A stretch of DNA of 64,000 nucleotides from assembly GCA_965223665.1 (NCBI GenBank), contig OZ245011.1, forward strand, positions 3,584,001-3,648,000, read 5' to 3'. The DNA is from Nitrospinaceae bacterium (GTDB taxonomy: Bacteria; Nitrospinota; Nitrospinia; Nitrospinales; Nitrospinaceae). Both the position numbers and the translations under genes were made by a program. The stretch's first letter is position 1; every line of letters begins with the position of its first letter. Shown here one piece after another: positions 49,029 through 58,922 of this stretch. A model generated the notes under the pieces. That model was not told the DNA's origin. It saw nothing but the letters and a program-made list of their open reading frames with translations, and did not search any database.

Positions 49029-50018
49029 TTATTTTTCTTTACTCTCATCATCTTCGTTCTCTAACTCTAATCCATCCAATTCTAAGGATAGATCATCATC
49101 TGAAGATTCTATAGGGGGAACCTCCTCTATTTTATCTTGAGGTTCAAAATCTAAATTTGAGGACTCAGGTTTTTCTTCTAAATCCATCGTATCCATATCG
49201 AAATTAATTTCATTCTCTTCATTAATTTCCTCAGAGGTGTCACTTTTTTCAGTGGATTCAGTTGTTTCTGTGGCCTCGCTTGTTTCTGTTATTTCATCAT
49301 TATTTTGAGTTGCAGCATCCAATGAATCTTCTTGTAAGGAAATTTCCTCATTTTCATCGGTAAATGAAAAGTCAGAATCATCTGAATCAAGTGAAGTTTC
49401 TTCATCAAAATCTAAGTCCAGATCCAGGTCCCCAGTAATTTCAGAATCTAAATCATCCAGATCAAACCCTAACCCTTCAATATCTTCTGAATCTTGGTCT
49501 GTAGTGACATCTAATGAAACCTCGGGGTCTAAATCGACGTCATCATCAATAGAAACTTCAGGTTCCATTGAGTTTGATTGATTAATTAGAGTTGGTGTGT
49601 CTGCAATTGCTGTCGCCTCAGTAAGGTCTAAATGGAAATCATTTGGGGAGCTTTTATCAAAATCGTCTTCGACATCTTGTAGTTCCGAAACCCCTTCAAT
49701 AGTATCAAGGTAGCCGTCCCCATTTCCATTCCCATTTTCATGAAGATGGTTAGCTTCACTTAAGTCTAAATCAAAATCTTCAGCGGGTTCTGGTTTGGGG
49801 TAATCTAAATCTGCATCTGCAATTGAGGCGAATTCAGATTCTGAGCCATTATTATGACCATTTCCAGATGAAAACTCAGGAATGGGGCCGTCGAATATTG
49901 TAAAACCTACCTCTGCAGCCACTTCTACAGGGAGTTTTGAAGCCGTTTTTGCTTCGTTACAACTCGGACACTTCTTCGATTGCTTGAAGTTAATATAACC
50001 ACAATTTGTACACTGCAT
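49029..50018 (-). CDS. Zinc-ribbon protein with long D/E-rich disordered tail
   Basis: Start MQCTNCG...CPSC; remainder highly acidic; the ORF-track extension upstream is probably not translated. Confidence 0.75.
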   Translation of the reverse strand: MQCTNCGYINFKQSKKCPSCNEAKTASKLPVEVAAEVGFTIFDGPIPEFSSGNGHNNGSESEFASIADADLDYPKPEPAEDFDLDLSEANHLHENGNGNGDGYLDTIEGVSELQDVEDDFDKSSPNDFHLDLTEATAIADTPTLINQSNSMEPEVSIDDDVDLDPEVSLDVTTDQDSEDIEGLGFDLDDLDSEITGDLDLDLDFDEETSLDSDDSDFSFTDENEEISLQEDSLDAATQNNDEITETSEATETTESTEKSDTSEEINEENEINFDMDTMDLEEKPESSNLDFEPQDKIEEVPPIESSDDDLSLELDGLELENEDDESKEK

Positions 50019-50202
50019 ACTTAAAATGTTAAGGGAAGGATAGAATAACGTCAAGAAAAATAAGTAATTAGCGGAGAATTGAATTTGCCCAATATGGAAA
50101 ATTAAAATTTTCTTAAAAAAGATTGAAAAACCCTTACAAATTAGAATATTTTTTTTTGATTCAATAGAAAATAAACTAAAAAAGTCAAAAAATTTTTTTG
50201 TC

Positions 50203-51393
50203 TTATCTGGAAATAATTGGATCTGCATTTCCATCAGGGTCTTTTAAGGCGACTCCGTTTGAATTAGGAAATTCATTGAGTAATAAAACTCCGCAAACAT
50301 GCGGAGCGGACATTGAAGTGCCAGAAAAAATGGTTACGCCTCCTCCCTTTTTTGTGGATAAAACTTGTACCCCCGGAGCAGCAAAATCTACAGGGGTCCC
50401 ATAGTTGGAAAAAGAAGCAAATTCATCGTTACTGTTAATTGCGGAAACTGTGTAAATATTAGGATGATTTATATGCGCTGGTTCGTAGTTATTTGCATCG
50501 TCCGCTTCATTTCCCGCCGCAATGGCAATACGAATTCCCAAATTGGCCAATTTTAAAACACTGTCATGAAGGCTTTGCCAATGGCCTAATATTCCAAAGC
50601 TCATGTTGACGCAATCTCCTGGTTGAGCAAAATTGGAGATATAGTCAATACCCATAATAGCGTCAGAAACTCTTCCTTTACCACTGGGCCCTAAAATGCG
50701 AACGGAATTTATTACCGTTCCTGCTGCAACACCAACAACGTCAATTTCATTGTCTATTGCTCCGATAGTACCTGCTATATGGGTTCCATGTCCGTGAACA
50801 TCACTTCCAGTGTTTTTTCCTGTTTGGGAAAAATTTACGGACAATCCAGTGTTTAAATCAGGGTGAGTGTCATCGACTCCAGAATCCAAAACCCAAGCTT
50901 CCGGACTTTCTTCATTTACGGTGACGGGTCCTCCTACTTTAATTATTCCAATTGGAATTTCCTGAGGTATGTCATTTTTTTTCTTTTTTGATATTGAAAA
51001 TGTATTTTTTTGAGACCCATGGAGAGAGTTTTTGGTCATAGAATCTACCATCCAAATAATTCCATCTCTCTCATAATACTTAATGGACTTTGATTCATTA
51101 GCCAGTTTTGCAGCTGAGGCATCAGACATATTTGCACTAAAACCTTTGATGGAATGTTGATAAATATGGCCAATTTCTCCATTAAACTTTTTTGATAATC
51201 CTTTGGCCAGCCCAGGAACATCTTTGGAATGAATATCATCCGATTCGAAAATAAAAATGAAGTTGTTTTGTGTTTTTTGAATTAAATTTCTGTCTGAAGA
51301 ATTGAACATGGAATCGGATTGTGCATGAGAATTTAAAACTGAAAGAGAAAGGATAAAAATAATAAAGATGAAGTTAATAAATTGAGGAATCAT
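50203..51393 (-). CDS. Exported S8 subtilisin-like protease with I9-type propeptide
   Basis: VLDSG, HGHGTHIAG, AAGN, GTSMSAPHV triad; GFSA propeptide. Confidence 0.9.
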   Translation of the reverse strand: MIPQFINFIFIIFILSLSVLNSHAQSDSMFNSSDRNLIQKTQNNFIFIFESDDIHSKDVPGLAKGLSKKFNGEIGHIYQHSIKGFSANMSDASAAKLANESKSIKYYERDGIIWMVDSMTKNSLHGSQKNTFSISKKKKNDIPQEIPIGIIKVGGPVTVNEESPEAWVLDSGVDDTHPDLNTGLSVNFSQTGKNTGSDVHGHGTHIAGTIGAIDNEIDVVGVAAGTVINSVRILGPSGKGRVSDAIMGIDYISNFAQPGDCVNMSFGILGHWQSLHDSVLKLANLGIRIAIAAGNEADDANNYEPAHINHPNIYTVSAINSNDEFASFSNYGTPVDFAAPGVQVLSTKKGGGVTIFSGTSMSAPHVCGVLLLNEFPNSNGVALKDPDGNADPIISR

Positions 51394-51584
51394 AATTTTA
51401 CTCTGGATAAGGTTGTAGGGGGCAAACCAACTAATAAAAATCAAAGATCCGGAAAACTTGAGATTTGCATCGAAGTTCAATAAATTCCATTATGAGTTGG
51501 AAAGGCAAAAATAATCAATAAAAAACTATTGAAAAATAGGAGGTTAACTAATTTAGGGGGGAGGCTGAAGCCCAATCTCAAAAT

Positions 51585-52781
51585 TTAGCTTTTGGGGGAA
51601 AAGATTTTTTCAACAATGAATTTTGAAAATGGAAGGCAACTTGTAAAGGCTGGTGATACTGCGTTAAGTATGTGCAACGAACGATTATCAACATGCACAA
51701 CAAAATCGGATACTAAACTTTTAGTTTTCAAATTTATGAGTTGGGCTCGAATGCCGTTTAATTCTGATTTATAAAAAGAATTAGAATCTAATCCATAATA
51801 AAGTTTGCTTGCTTTTTTAATTAGTCGAGCTTTGGAAATTTTTCCAATCTCATTTAATGCGATTCGTTTATGATTGAAATCTGAATTGAAAAAAAACTGG
51901 GTTTGTCGCCATAAAATTTCTATAAATTCCTGAAGCTTGAAGTTTTTTAAATTTTTATATTGTTCTCGCCAAAGAGCAGGAATTGCCGTGGGGCCAATTT
52001 TAATGTGTTGATTCACTGTTGAAGTTAAGTGAACCCCCAGAAAAGGATTTTGAGAGGGCGGAACCGGATAAATATGTGTATTTAATTTTGGAACTTTCTT
52101 TTTTGAAATTAAATAAATCCCCTTAAATGGGACAATTTGATATTCCTTGCCAAATCCGAAGTCTTTGGCGATTAAATCTGCGTACAATCCCCCTGCGTTA
52201 ATTACAAAACCCGGAGTGTAATTTCCTTTTGATGTGGAAATAATGTTTCCAGTTTTTTTTAGATATCTAACTTTGGTATGTATTGAAACTCCTTTTTGTT
52301 GTGCATCGGTTTTTAGAGAGTTAAGAATTTCGACAGGATCAATAGTTGATGTTGTGGGTGAAAAAAGTGCCTTCTTAAAAGTCTTAACATTGGGTTCTAT
52401 TGACTTTGCTTCTTGTTCAGAAATTTCTTTTAAATGGACTTCATTAACTTGAGCACGGTTTAAAAGAGTCGCCATTTGATTTAAATCCTTTTGAGATTGC
52501 GCAACAATCAGTTTTCCGCAACGATTAATTTTTAATTTGTTGGAAAGGCAATATTCTGTTAATTGCTGATTGCCAGATTTACAAAATTGTGCTTTTAAGC
52601 TATCAGATGAGTAGTAAAATCCCGCATGCAATACTCCACTGTTACGTCCGCTCGCGTGCTGCCCGCATTGTTCTTCTTTTTCGATAAGAATGATAGAAGC
52701 TTTGGGACTTTGCTTTTTTAATTCTCGAGCAATACAGATCCCATTGATACCTCCACCGATGATTAAAAAATCTGGATTCAA
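51585..52781 (-). CDS. lhgO: L-2-hydroxyglutarate oxidase-like FAD oxidoreductase
   Basis: IIGGGING, HASGRNSGVLHAGFYY, PFLGVH, GIRAQ, NAVSPAFT. Confidence 0.85.
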   Translation of the reverse strand: MNPDFLIIGGGINGICIARELKKQSPKASIILIEKEEQCGQHASGRNSGVLHAGFYYSSDSLKAQFCKSGNQQLTEYCLSNKLKINRCGKLIVAQSQKDLNQMATLLNRAQVNEVHLKEISEQEAKSIEPNVKTFKKALFSPTTSTIDPVEILNSLKTDAQQKGVSIHTKVRYLKKTGNIISTSKGNYTPGFVINAGGLYADLIAKDFGFGKEYQIVPFKGIYLISKKKVPKLNTHIYPVPPSQNPFLGVHLTSTVNQHIKIGPTAIPALWREQYKNLKNFKLQEFIEILWRQTQFFFNSDFNHKRIALNEIGKISKARLIKKASKLYYGLDSNSFYKSELNGIRAQLINLKTKSLVSDFVVHVDNRSLHILNAVSPAFTSCLPFSKFIVEKIFSPKS

Positions 52782-52983
52782 CGCAATATCCCTTTCTTTG
52801 GAAATTTTCTAGAAAACTTTTAAAAGAATGTTCTTTTCGATACAATAATCCTCAAAATGGAAAAATTAAAGTTAAATTAAATTTTTTTGGTCAATTATTA
52901 TCACATTTAAAAGGTTTGAGAAGAGACATTAGTATTAATTTTTAAATTAATTATTTTTGCACAATATTTGATATGGAAAAAAA

Positions 52984-54132
52984 TTGATTAAACGCCAGGA
53001 TATAGAAAAAACAGAAAAAAAATACTTGGCTTCTTATGCAACTAAAAGTGGAGAAAGTTTGGGTAGGAAGTTTCGGGAAAAGGAGCATGCCTATCGTACG
53101 CGGTTTCAGCGAGATCGTGATCGAGTGATTCACTCTTCTGCGTTTCGTAAATTGGAATATAAAACCCAGGTGTTTGTTTATCACGAAGGGGATTATTATA
53201 GAACTCGACTAACACATACATTAGAAGTGGCCCAGATTGCCCGATCCATATGTAAATCATTACAACTTAATGAAGATCTGGCCGAAGCTATAACATTAGC
53301 CCATGATTTGGGGCATCCTCCCTTTGGTCATACCGGACAACGAGTTTTAAACCATCTTATGAAAGATCATGAAGGATTTGAGCATAATAAGCAAAGCCTG
53401 CGTATTGTAAAGTTTTTAGAAAAACGATATCCAAAATTTGATGGTTTGAATTTAACTTGGGAAGTTCAGGAGGGGATTAGTAAGCACTCTAAGGATCCCG
53501 AAAATCCTCTTCTTAAAAATAAAGATTTCAAGTTTCCTACATTAGAAGGACAGGTTGCAGATTTTGCAGACAGTATTGCCTATAACGCACATGATTTAGA
53601 TGATGGAATCACTTCCAACTTACTTGACTTATCTCAACTACGAAAAGTTGAGTTGTGGCGAGAGAATGAAAAAATATTAGATCAAAAATATACTAATTTA
53701 GATTTTGACTTAAAAAAATATCAAGTAGTACGGAGTATCATTAATGATTTGATCACTGATTTTCGTAAGGCGACTCAAAGGAAAATAAAAAAGTACGATA
53801 TTCGTTCTGTGGATGATGTCAGAAAATGTGAGGTGTTATTAGCAGGATTTGGGAAAGAGTACACCGAAAAAAATCAGGAATTAAAAAAGTTTTTATTCAA
53901 GAATATGTACCATCATCGAAAAGTTCGCCGGATGGAGTTTAAGGCGGAACTTTATCTAACCGAGATCTTTAAAGCGTATCTTAAAATTCCGCAACTTTTA
54001 CCGGAAGCTGTTTTGAAAAGTAGGCCACAAGATTCCCTCAAACGTCGAATTTGTGATTATATATCAAGTTTAACGGACCGATCTTCGATAGATGAATATA
54101 AAAAGCTATATAGTCCAGATGAAAATGATTAA
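52984..54132 (+). CDS. dgt: Deoxyguanosinetriphosphate triphosphohydrolase-like HD protein
   Basis: FQRDRDR, KTQVF, RTRLTHTLEV, HDLGHPPFGH, AY..HDLDD. Confidence 0.9.
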   Translation: MIKRQDIEKTEKKYLASYATKSGESLGRKFREKEHAYRTRFQRDRDRVIHSSAFRKLEYKTQVFVYHEGDYYRTRLTHTLEVAQIARSICKSLQLNEDLAEAITLAHDLGHPPFGHTGQRVLNHLMKDHEGFEHNKQSLRIVKFLEKRYPKFDGLNLTWEVQEGISKHSKDPENPLLKNKDFKFPTLEGQVADFADSIAYNAHDLDDGITSNLLDLSQLRKVELWRENEKILDQKYTNLDFDLKKYQVVRSIINDLITDFRKATQRKIKKYDIRSVDDVRKCEVLLAGFGKEYTEKNQELKKFLFKNMYHHRKVRRMEFKAELYLTEIFKAYLKIPQLLPEAVLKSRPQDSLKRRICDYISSLTDRSSIDEYKKLYSPDEND

Positions 54133-54207
54133 GAAATAAAATTTCCGCGTTAAAGTTAAAATTAGAAAAACAGATTATTTATTGTGGGATCAATAAAAGG
54201 AGAAAAC

Positions 54208-54522
54208 ATGATATTGACAAACATCGAAACCATCCCAGGAATGGAAATTGTTCAGCATCATGGTGTGGTTTCTGGAAGTACGGTGCGTGCGAAACATGTC
54301 GGTAAGGATATTTGGGCTGGCATTAAAAATGTTTTTGGTGGTGAGCTTAAGGGATATACAGAGTTGCTATCGGAATCCAGAGAGGAAGCTGTTTCAAGAA
54401 TGAAAAGCCAGGCAAAACAAATGGGAGCTAATGCAGTTTTAAATGTTAGGTTTTCGACTTCATCGGTAGCGGCTGGGGCAGCGGAGTTATATGTTTATGG
54501 AACCGCTGTTACGGTTAAATAA
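54208..54522 (+). CDS. YbjQ/UPF0145 family protein
   Basis: GGELKGY, GANAV, YGTAV. Confidence 0.9.
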   Translation: MILTNIETIPGMEIVQHHGVVSGSTVRAKHVGKDIWAGIKNVFGGELKGYTELLSESREEAVSRMKSQAKQMGANAVLNVRFSTSSVAAGAAELYVYGTAVTVK

Positions 54523-54534
54523 GGAGACATTGTT

Positions 54535-54981
54535 TTGGACAATTTAATAATATTTTTGTTTTTATTATTGCTGGGATATTTCTTTGGGAAACGAGCGGAA
54601 AAGAAACATTACCAAAGTATTATTCAGAGAGAAAAGGCAATGCAAAAACTGCCTACAATTGCATTGAAAAAACCTTTGCCGTCGAGTGCCAGGTTAGTGA
54701 AGTCAGAATTGGTCACGGGTTCAGTGGTAATTTCAATTGACTATTTCAAACGATTACTGGCGGGGTTAAGAAATTTGTTTGGGGGAAATGTTGCTTCATA
54801 TGAAACATTAGTGGATCGTGCCCGAAGAGAAGCAATATTAAGGATGAAGGAAAGTTGCCCTCAAGCAGGTCAAATAATTAATCTAAGAATTGAAACCTCA
54901 TCAATTTCAAAGAATGCCCAAAAAGGAGCGGTTGGAAGTGTAGAAGTTTTGGCTTATGGAACTGCGCTTACCTTCGAGTAA
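54535..54981 (+). CDS. Membrane-anchored YbjQ/UPF0145 family protein
   Basis: N-terminal TM; GSVVISIDYFK, RARREA..RM, YGTA. Confidence 0.85.
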   Translation: MDNLIIFLFLLLLGYFFGKRAEKKHYQSIIQREKAMQKLPTIALKKPLPSSARLVKSELVTGSVVISIDYFKRLLAGLRNLFGGNVASYETLVDRARREAILRMKESCPQAGQIINLRIETSSISKNAQKGAVGSVEVLAYGTALTFE

Positions 54982-54989
54982 TTAAAAAA

Positions 54990-55802
54990 ATGGAATACTC
55001 CGGAAACCTACCTGAATCCAATGATAATGTTACTCATGAATCTCCTCTAAAAGAATTTTTTGTTTTATTGATTGCCTTATTGGTAATTATTTTTGGAGTA
55101 TACTATGCATTAGGTTTCGCGGTGGATTATTCCATAAGGAAGCTTTCTCCCGAAACTGAAATAGCGCTTTTTAAATCTGTAAAAAGTCAATTAACTCAAT
55201 TAAAAACTTCCGATACGCAAACAGAATATCTGCAAAGTATTGTGGATCAATTGCAACGAGACTGCGTTTCTCTACCCTACAAAGTGAAGGTTTATGTGGT
55301 TGAACAATCCATTCCCAATGCGATGGCTATGTTTGGTGGAAATGTAATTGTTTATTCTGGATTGTTACCTCTACTTAAATCAGAAAATGCCCTTTCTTTT
55401 GTATTAGGTCATGAGCTGGGGCACTTCAAAAATAGAGATCATTTGAGAGGCTTAGGTCGATCCTTAGTATTAGTCACTTTGTCGGCCATTATATTTGGTC
55501 CGGATAGTGGGATTAGCGGATTTTTGGCAGGGACCATAAATTTAGCAGAATCTAGCCATTCTCGAAGTCAAGAATCGAAAGCAGATGAAGTTGCTTTAGA
55601 TGCGTTAAATTGTCGCTATGGGCATGTTGCGGGTGCCACAGGATTTTTTGAGGAAATGCTAAAACTGGACAACCTTCCTAAATTTGCAGAATTTATATCG
55701 ACACATCCTCACAACGAAAATCGAATAGAAAAAATAAAGTCTTTAAGTAAATCACTTGGATACAAGAAAAAAACTACTACTCCTTTAAAAAGAAATACTT
55801 GA
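54990..55802 (+). CDS. M48 family metallopeptidase
   Basis: PNAMA..GG, HELGH, E..AD, STHP. Confidence 0.9.
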   Translation: MEYSGNLPESNDNVTHESPLKEFFVLLIALLVIIFGVYYALGFAVDYSIRKLSPETEIALFKSVKSQLTQLKTSDTQTEYLQSIVDQLQRDCVSLPYKVKVYVVEQSIPNAMAMFGGNVIVYSGLLPLLKSENALSFVLGHELGHFKNRDHLRGLGRSLVLVTLSAIIFGPDSGISGFLAGTINLAESSHSRSQESKADEVALDALNCRYGHVAGATGFFEEMLKLDNLPKFAEFISTHPHNENRIEKIKSLSKSLGYKKKTTTPLKRNT

Positions 55803-55806
55803 ATTG

Positions 55807-55833
55807 AAAAAAGGGCCATCGCATTGATGACCC
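55807..55833 (-). terminator. Intrinsic terminator of the small membrane peptide gene
   Basis: GGGTCATC/GATGGCCC stem plus T6 on minus strand. Confidence 0.65.
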
Positions 55834-55867
55834 CCAGACAAAAAAATAAGATTAGGTGAAAAAAGTT

Positions 55868-55972
55868 TTACTCTATATTTTTTCCTAAAAAGAAAATAAA
55901 TGCAATTCCCGCCAGACCTGCCAAGGCGGCCATTAAAAAACTACCTGTTGATCCAATCTCAATCCATTCCAT
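55868..55972 (-). CDS. 34-aa single-TM small protein (not in ORF track)
   Basis: MEWIEIGSTGSFLMAALAGLAGIAFIFFLGKNIE; AGGAGG RBS 6 nt upstream; downstream terminator. Confidence 0.7.
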   Translation of the reverse strand: MEWIEIGSTGSFLMAALAGLAGIAFIFFLGKNIE

Positions 55973-56199
55973 AGGAGACCTCCTAATAAAGGATTTAAAT
56001 TGCAAGACACAGCCCCTGCAATTCTTTTATTATTCCCAAATATGTGGACCAGAAATCATCTTGTCAATACTAGCAAAACTATTGAAAAATAAAAGTTTTG
56101 AAATGTCATGTGTAATTTGAATGTTATGGAAAGGATGAATATTAATAAATGTTGTACTAAAATTATGCTGAATTTAAATTAAGGTAATAGAGTTAATTC

Positions 56200-57264
56200 A
56201 TGAAAAGAAGAGAGAGTTTTTTAATAGTATTCTTCATATTTTTTTTCAGCGGTTCTATCACTTTTGCCCAGTCCGGTTGGGAGAAATTATATCAAGAAGG
56301 TTTGAAGCTTTCTTTAAAGGGATTTTCTCTGGAAGCAGTGCAAAAATACCAGGGGGCCATAGAGTTAAAAGCAGATTACCCGGAAGCGCATCATGCCTTG
56401 GGTGTCTTATATTTTAGAATGGGAAAAGGACCGGATGCCATAACCCATTTCCGTTCAGCAGAGAGCCTTTATTTGGGAAAGGAAGATGACTCTTCTAAAA
56501 AGAATTTAGAGATTGTCCGACGAAATTTAAAAAAAGCATATAAGGCTTTTAAATTAAGTTCAAAAGATTTTGATCAATTGGATTTAATGGCTCACCTTCA
56601 AAGTGACTCGAATTGGGTGAAATCAGGAATTGGTTTTTATATAGGAAATGAAGGTCATTTTCTTACACCGCTCCATGTAATAAATGGCGCAGAAAAAATC
56701 CGATTAACTACGAATAATTCCGGAGAAGTTCCAGCAAAACTGATTGCTTCGTTTATAATTTATGATTTGGCAATACTGAAGGTACAGAATCCCCCCATGG
56801 AAAGGGAAAAAGGTTTGGACTTTGCAGATTCTTCTTCTGTCAGTCTAAAAGAAATGGTTTATACCATTCCGATTCCCCTTCCCAGTTCATCTGACTATCA
56901 CTTGACTCAAGGTTCTCTCCTCAAAATAAACGCTATTGAAAATAATCAAAGAATGTTTTTAATTGATATACCTATCAGTCAAGAAAATGATGGATTACCT
57001 TTGCTGAATGATAATGGAGAAGTATTAGGGATAATATTTTCTAAAGAATCTATAAAGAAAAATTTTCCCAAAATCATTACAAGCCAAGAAAAAGCAAGTA
57101 TGGTTGTAAAATCTAATTATTTTATGAAGTTATGGAAAAATAAATTAAATTTGGATAGTGAAAGTGAAGACAAAGATACTCAGGATAATAAAACAAGGCT
57201 GAATGAAAAGGATTTAAAATCTCATATTCTTCAAAGTGTAGCCATAGTTGAGGTAAAAAAATAA
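56200..57264 (+). CDS. Exported TPR + trypsin-like (S1) domain protein, probably catalytically inactive
   Basis: TPRs; SGIGF, LTPLHVI, YDLAILK; ENDGLPL in place of GNSGGPL. Confidence 0.75.
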   Translation: MKRRESFLIVFFIFFFSGSITFAQSGWEKLYQEGLKLSLKGFSLEAVQKYQGAIELKADYPEAHHALGVLYFRMGKGPDAITHFRSAESLYLGKEDDSSKKNLEIVRRNLKKAYKAFKLSSKDFDQLDLMAHLQSDSNWVKSGIGFYIGNEGHFLTPLHVINGAEKIRLTTNNSGEVPAKLIASFIIYDLAILKVQNPPMEREKGLDFADSSSVSLKEMVYTIPIPLPSSSDYHLTQGSLLKINAIENNQRMFLIDIPISQENDGLPLLNDNGEVLGIIFSKESIKKNFPKIITSQEKASMVVKSNYFMKLWKNKLNLDSESEDKDTQDNKTRLNEKDLKSHILQSVAIVEVKK

Positions 57265-57912
57265 TTGATTTGTATTTTAAAAATGAAACTTTTTAAATTA
57301 GCAACTTTTGTTTTTCCATTGTTGTTGTTGGGTTTGAGTAAGGGATTTTGTGCTCAAGCAACTATTTGGTTAGCTAAGGATGTTAATTATCCTGGTTGGG
57401 TTTCTTGGGAAAGTGATTCTCTAAAAATTGACCATTTATGTTTTTTAGGTAAGTCAGCAAAGGGTTTATTAGATGATAAAAGTCTGGATGTATTGGCTAA
57501 AAATGATATTCCTGAAGGTGAATATATGATTTCCGATTCTATTCCAGAAGAAAAATGGCCAAAATCTCCCTTTGTTAAAAATAGCGCCCTTCGATTTAAA
57601 CCTATTTCTCCACAAGCGGTAAAAGCTTTCAAAAAAGAAACATTTGTGGGATTTACCATACATGGTAAAGATTTTTTTCCGCTCGTTACAATGTATGTGA
57701 AAGATTCAAAAATGATAGAATTTTATAATAAACAATTTTTTAAAAACTTAACTTCCCGTTGGAGAGGATTAAGAATTTCAAATTGGGATATGGATCGATT
57801 GTATGATTTTTGGACCAAAGTAAGTATTCCTCAGAGCCAATGGAAGGTAGAAATAAAGCAGGTTGAGGCTTTAATTTCTGAAAAAAAATGTAAACCTTCT
57901 GCTGTTAAATAA
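57265..57912 (+). CDS. Exported hypothetical protein
   Basis: Signal-peptide-like N-terminus; abuts the previous gene. Confidence 0.6.
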   Translation: MICILKMKLFKLATFVFPLLLLGLSKGFCAQATIWLAKDVNYPGWVSWESDSLKIDHLCFLGKSAKGLLDDKSLDVLAKNDIPEGEYMISDSIPEEKWPKSPFVKNSALRFKPISPQAVKAFKKETFVGFTIHGKDFFPLVTMYVKDSKMIEFYNKQFFKNLTSRWRGLRISNWDMDRLYDFWTKVSIPQSQWKVEIKQVEALISEKKCKPSAVK

Positions 57913-57932
57913 AAATTTAATTTGTTAGAAAA

Positions 57933-58907
57933 TCAAAAATAAAGATCGCTAACCTCACCAGCGTAGCCATTAAATTTTAAGGTTGGAATTTTCCTGTTTT
58001 TTCCTAAATCCAATTCCATCCTTTGATCCCACCTGGCATAGGGTGTGCTTGGATCCACATTAGCCCAAAAATCATATTCTAAAGGAGAAACTGTTTGCCA
58101 AAAAGTTGGAGGTTCATCCCGAGTGAATTCAATTGAGGTTATCGATTTAATACTCTTAAAACCATATTTCCAAGGAATTACCAGGCGAATAGGAGCGCCA
58201 TTTTGGTTTTGTAAAGATTTTCCATACATTCCAGTGGCAACAAATGACAGGCTATGCATTGCTTCCTTTAGGCTTAATCCTTCTGAATAGGGCCAAGGTT
58301 CCCAAAACCGTTGTTTTTGTCCTAATGCAATATTGGGATCAAGAAAAGTTTTGAACTTTATATACCTTGCAGTAGAAAGTGGTTCCACCAGATCAATTAA
58401 AAGTTTTAGTGGAAATCCTTTCCAGGGGATGACCACAGACCAACCTTCGACACAACGCAATCGATAAATCCGTTCTTCTTGAGGAAGATATTTAATCAAC
58501 TGATAAAAATCAAGTACCTGATGATTTTTAACTAAACCCTCGATACGTATTTCCCAGGGATTCGTTTTTAGAGCTTGGGCTTGTTTCCAAATTACACTTT
58601 TGTTCGTACTGAATTCATAAAAGTTGTTGTAATGAGTAACTAGTTTTTTAGAGGTGACTTCTTCCTTTTTGATAAAATTTTGTGGATTGTTTTGGGAATC
58701 GGAAGTTTGGGCGATGGCACTTGAAACCCTGGTCAAAGGTTGCAAAAAAGAAGTGGATATTCCGAATAGTGCCACTTTGCCCAATCCTTTTATAAACTTT
58801 CTTCTGTCGCAGTAAATACTTTCCGGGGTTACTTCTTTCGCAGGAATTTCCCAAGATTTAGGAATTTGTATATTTGGAGATCTATTATTTCTATTTGGTA
58901 GTTTCAT
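57933..58907 (-). CDS. msrP: Protein-methionine-sulfoxide reductase catalytic subunit (Mo, Tat-exported)
   Basis: RRKFIK Tat motif, YNNFYEF, RLRCVEGWS, QNGAPIRLVIPWKYGFKSIKSI. Confidence 0.92.
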   Translation of the reverse strand: MKLPNRNNRSPNIQIPKSWEIPAKEVTPESIYCDRRKFIKGLGKVALFGISTSFLQPLTRVSSAIAQTSDSQNNPQNFIKKEEVTSKKLVTHYNNFYEFSTNKSVIWKQAQALKTNPWEIRIEGLVKNHQVLDFYQLIKYLPQEERIYRLRCVEGWSVVIPWKGFPLKLLIDLVEPLSTARYIKFKTFLDPNIALGQKQRFWEPWPYSEGLSLKEAMHSLSFVATGMYGKSLQNQNGAPIRLVIPWKYGFKSIKSITSIEFTRDEPPTFWQTVSPLEYDFWANVDPSTPYARWDQRMELDLGKNRKIPTLKFNGYAGEVSDLYF

Positions 58908-58922
58908 TAATTGTGGCTATGG

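Noticed and set aside
50019-50234. N-terminal extension of the acidic protein in the ORF track
   Set aside because: Phe/Ile/Lys-rich translation of AT-rich intergenic DNA overlapping the protease stop; MQCTNC is the more plausible start
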